NCBI GenBank assembly: GCA_002269645.1
Contig: NIVC01002007.1
Span: 124,001 to 188,000 of the forward strand
From: Macrostomum lignano
Taxonomy: Eukaryota
Reading direction: 5' to 3'
Length of the DNA: 64,000 nt
How positions within the stretch are numbered: the first letter of the stretch is position 1; the number at the start of each line of letters is the position of its first letter. The notes beneath the pieces are model-generated. The model worked only from the letters and a program-made list of their open reading frames with translations, did no database searches and had not been told where the DNA came from. Of this stretch, positions 60,008-64,000 are shown in pieces. The translations under genes were made by a program, and so were the position numbers.

Positions 60008-61246
60008 TACTTAGGGGGAATGTCTGTTATCTTCGTGAAACTTTATTTTATTGTCATTCTGTTAATTTTTGAAAAAAGAGATTCATAGCAAACAACTTTT
60101 GTCCGTGACAATTGTACTCGAATAAGGTGATTTATAAAACTGAAGAAGGAATTGGTTCTTAAGAAAATATGCTTTTTTTAATTGTTTTCCATCAATAATT
60201 TTTTCTCCTTGCTTATTGCGCGCCCCTTCGGGGGCACTAGATTGCTAGTCAACTATCTAAACCTGATATATCTAAAGATATAACGTTGATTGTTTGCGCC
60301 CAAACTATTGTAGTAAAAATCTGTAATGTTTTATACACGACGCTGTTAAATTTGAATTCTGTTTTTTTCGAAAAAAACATATTTCACCGATTTACCTCCT
60401 AAAGGGGGAACGGAGGGGCGATTCATTCTGCACCCGACATTCAGAGGCTGCGCGCTCTCTTCAGGCAAGCAAGTCAGTGTAAGGTCATGCAGTACTGCAA
60501 ATGCCTCTGCCGATGTTGCTGCTGCTGCTTCCAAAAAAGATGGGGGAAGGAGAGAAGCAGCCGCAGAAGCCATCCGGGTAGATGGAAATATGAAAGAAAG
60601 ATCAATGGAATGGACGACTGCTGCAGGGGGTGAGGGAAGTGGAGGTGGGTAGCAATTGAGGGCGAGAGGCTGATTCCGAAGTTCGTAGTTTGGTAAAGCC
60701 AGGCCATGTGTTTAGGCCAAAGGCATTAGTCTTCGAGGCATCGAATGTACGCGCCCTCCACGATACACGGGCTGGAACCAGCAGCGCCAGGTAAAGTCAG
60801 CCGGGCAAGGATTCATGTTAAAGAATGTCCTTACATCCCTGAGCCCTATCTCTACCCCCTCTCCCTCTCTCTCTTCCTTCGGCCACTGACTCTTCGTGTC
60901 CGAACCTCCTCGGCTCTGTTGTTGTTTAAAGCGAAGCGCCGAGAGCGGCCGCCCACCGCCGCCACCCTCACCGACCAGCGGACAGGCTTTTTCAGATCCC
61001 GAGCAAACTACGGGAGAAAGTTTCTTTTGACAATCCGCCCCCTTTGCTGGCGAAATTCTTTTTCAATTTCTCCCTAAAGCTTCCTTCTCCTCCTGCCCCT
61101 TCCGAATTCATTCATTTGAATCTTCCCTGACTTTCAAACTTTCGCGCGCGACCGCAAAACTGTGCAACAATTGAGAGCATTTCTTTTGCGTACGCGTCTG
61201 ATTTAAGCTTCTTCGTGCCTTGCTCTATTGTGCTGTTCGCAGCCTA

Positions 61247-63652
61247 ATGTCGGGTGAGTGTGCAATCTTGCTGCACAATACAGTATGCTCAGTGCTGAGC
61301 CATAGACACTCCATTGTTACCCAATGTCCTCCGGCATCCAGCATTGCTCAGTGCTGAGCCATAGACACTCCATTGTAGCTCGTACCCCAATGTCCTCCGG
61401 CATCCAGCATTGCTCAGTGCTGAGCCATAGACACTCCATTGTAGCTCGTACCCCAATGTCCTCCGGCATCCAGCATTTCTCAGTGCTGAGCCATAGACAC
61501 TCCATTGTACCCCAATGTCCTCCGGCATCCAGCATTGCTCAGTGCTGAGCCATAGACACTCCATTGTACCCCAATGTCCTCCAGCATCCAGCATCGCTCA
61601 GTGCTGAGCCATAGACACTAAATCAGGTATCCCTAAACGTCAACGTGAACTATGCTTAAAAGATGAGCGCTAAAACAACTGACGCACTGTCATTAATTTC
61701 GTATTATTGCATACCAATCGACACTTCCAGCCAGAGGAGGCGGCACTAGGCCGCAGTTCACCACCAAGCCGTCAATCAAGCAGCGCGGCAAATCAATCGT
61801 CTTCGAATGCAACCTGCTTGCGGACCCCCTGCCGGATATCACCTGGTCCAAGGCCGGTCAGACCATCGAAAACAGCGATAGGTACGCTATCACCTGCCAG
61901 AGCTCCGGCCAGAACCATCTGCTGAGCCTGGAGATCAAAGGAGTCACCGCTAACGATGGCGGCGAGTACAAAGTGTTCGCCAAGAGTCCTCTGGGCGATA
62001 CAACGGCCACGATCAATCTCAACATTGGCGCCGCTAAAAAGTAAATTTTATCTTTAGTGCATTAGATTGAAACAGATGATACCTTGTAAGACGTAGAAAC
62101 GCAGCCTGAAGAGCAGAAATCTAAGGCTTGTCAAGTTGAAAACTAGCCTTAAAAACGCTTCAACAAAACTTTATTTGCCGTCTAAACTTGACTTTCAGAT
62201 CCGGCAAACCGCCAAAGTTTCTGGAGAAGCCGTCCATCGCTCAGGTTGGCGACAACATAGAGATGAAGTGCGTTATCGAGGCGCAGCCGATGCCGCGGAT
62301 CACGTGGTTTCGCGGGGACAGCCAGATCAGCACTGGCGGCAAGATCACCATCAGCTGCGACCCGGGACCGCAGCCGGACTCGTACGTGCTGCTGTTGGTG
62401 ATCAGGTCTCCGGGACCTGACGACAGCGGCTCCTACAGGTGCAACGTTGTTAATGAGGCCGGGGAGAGCAACGCCAGTCTGACGCTCAATATGAGTCAGG
62501 GTGAGCTGCTGAGATTTAGTGAAATTTGGCTCTTGATTGATTGCTAAACTGCATATTAGGATAAGTAATGCTTTAGCAGGGATGAATCGCTTTCAAGGGC
62601 TCGAAATCTCATACTGAAGTCTAATCTGTCTAAGTTTTGATTTAATGATTCATTTGATTGGACGCCAGTTTTAGTTGAGTTTGATTTAGCACCAGGATAG
62701 CACCAGGGACTTTAACACCAGGGACTTTGGCACCAGGGGTCTTTAGCACCAGGGGCCTTTAGCACCAGTGGCTTTAGCACCAGGGGCCTTTAGCACCAGT
62801 GGCTTTAGCACCAGGGGCCTTTAGCACCAGTGGCTTTAGCACCAGGGGCTTTAGCACCAGTGGCTTTAGCACCAGTGGCTTTAGCACCAGGGGCTTTAGC
62901 ACCAGGGGCTTTAGCACCAGGGGCTTTAGCACCAGGGGTCTTTAGCACCAGGGGCTTTAGCACCAGGGGTCTTTAGCACCAGGGGCTTTAGCACCAGGGG
63001 TCTTTAGCACCAGGGGTCTTTAGCACCAGGGGCTTTAGCACCAGGGGTCTTTAGCACCACGGGCTTTAGCACCAGGGGCCTTTAGCACCAGGGACTTTAG
63101 CACCAGGACCTTTAGCACCAGGAACTTGTCATGACACACGTGCTAAGAAGCAGCATAGCCGCAAAGACTTGAATTGAAGACATTTCAATCGCAATCATTC
63201 ATCTCAAACAGCTCCACAGCCGTCGGGCACTCCGCCGAATTTCATCGAGAAGCCCAGAATCGAGAGGGAGGGCGATAACATCCGCATCACCTGCATCTGC
63301 AAAGGCGACCCGGCGCCGACGTTCACCTGGTACCGGGGCGAATCGGTTATGACGTCCGGGGGGAGGTACTCGATTTCATCCACTAACAGCGGCATTGAGT
63401 ACACTCTGGTGCTGCTCATTTCTGTGAGTAGATTATTAGCCATAAGCATTGCTAACACACGGGGGAGTTGCTGAGATGCTGAATTATATTGAACTAACTC
63501 CCCAAGATTTTGTCAAAAGTGAATCAACTTGAAATTTCCATTTTTTACGCGCAGAATTTCACCGCCGAAGATGGCGGCCAGTACCGGATTGTGGCCAAGA
63601 GCGGGCTGGGAGAAGCCAACGCCACCGTTAGCATCAACACGCAGATGCAGCA
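61247..63652 (+). CDS. N-terminal Ig (I-set) exons of a twitchin/projectin- or DIM-1-like muscle protein (3 Ig domains; probably continues beyond the window)
   Basis: Exons 61247-61253 (ATG TCG G|GTGAGT), 61731-62040, 62199-62500, 63212-63423 and 63555-63652 join in phase (1,2,1,0). Ig1 PQFTTKPSIKQ..IVFEC.LLADPLPDITW...DGGEYKV.AK; Ig2 PKFLEKP...MKC...QPMPRITW...DSGSYRC; Ig3 PNFIEKPRI...TC...DPAPTFTW...DGGQYR. These resemble the unc-22/bent N-terminus. Confidence 0.85.
61287..61619. repeat. ~59-68 nt minisatellite (cagtgctgagccatagacactccattgtaccccaatgtcctccggcatccagcattgct) in intron 1 of the Ig gene
   Basis: About 5.5 tandem copies. Confidence 0.92.
62690..63123. repeat. 15 nt minisatellite (ctttagcaccagggg)n in an Ig-gene intron
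   Basis: Direct. Confidence 0.95.
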
Positions 63653-63717
63653 GTGAGTACTGTTGTCTTTATACAATGTGTTTATTAAAGGTGTTTATTT
63701 AATAGTGTTCACTTATT

Positions 63718-64000
63718 GTGATATGTGCATTGAATGTGTTACTTGAGTGTGCTCATTGAATGTGCTTCATGAGTGTGCTCATTGAATGTGCTTCATGAGT
63801 GTGCTCATTGAATGTGCTTCTTGAGTGTGCTCATTGAATGTGTTTCTTGAGTGTGCTCATTGAATGTGTTTCATGAGTGTGCTCATTGAATGTGCTTCTT
63901 GAGTGTGCTCATTGAATGTGCTTCTTGAGTGGCCTCATTGAATGTGCTTCTTGAGTGTGCTCATTGAATGCGCTTCTTGAGTGTGCTCATTGAATGTGCT
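63718..64000. repeat. 26 nt minisatellite (tgagtgtgctcattgaatgtgcttc[a/t]), running off the window end
   Basis: Direct. Confidence 0.94.

Overview
Eukaryotic (animal) genomic DNA. About a third of the window is ~30 tandem minisatellite or microsatellite arrays, interspersed with intron-containing genes. The GC-rich exons, repeat-filled introns and gene set suggest an invertebrate, possibly a free-living flatworm such as Macrostomum (inference only). Supported genes: (1) terminal exon of a low-complexity, transcription-factor-like protein; (2) a complete 4-exon MATE/SLC47 transporter with a GC-AG intron; (3) a complete 4-exon secreted PAN/Apple + ALK/LTK-type glycine-rich protein; (4) 3' exons of a WIP/verprolin-like gene; (5) a complete 2-exon SQSTM1/p62; (6) the 5' end of a twitchin/projectin- or DIM-1-like Ig-repeat muscle gene. 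Mobile DNA: a decayed Tc1/IS630-type transposase, tRNA-derived SINEs (two with a CORE-like domain), and a ~3.7 kb Penelope-like retroelement sitting inside a (GATA)n tract in an intron. The retroelement is the most notable item. It has an N-terminal SGNH-like domain, its GIY-YIG endonuclease appears to be placed before the last RT-thumb/linker motifs, and it carries a hammerhead-ribozyme motif at its 3' end. A dense MEF2/CArG/AP-1/E-box cluster lies upstream of the muscle gene. All translations, splice phases and alignments were done by eye against remembered family consensuses; no database searches were run.
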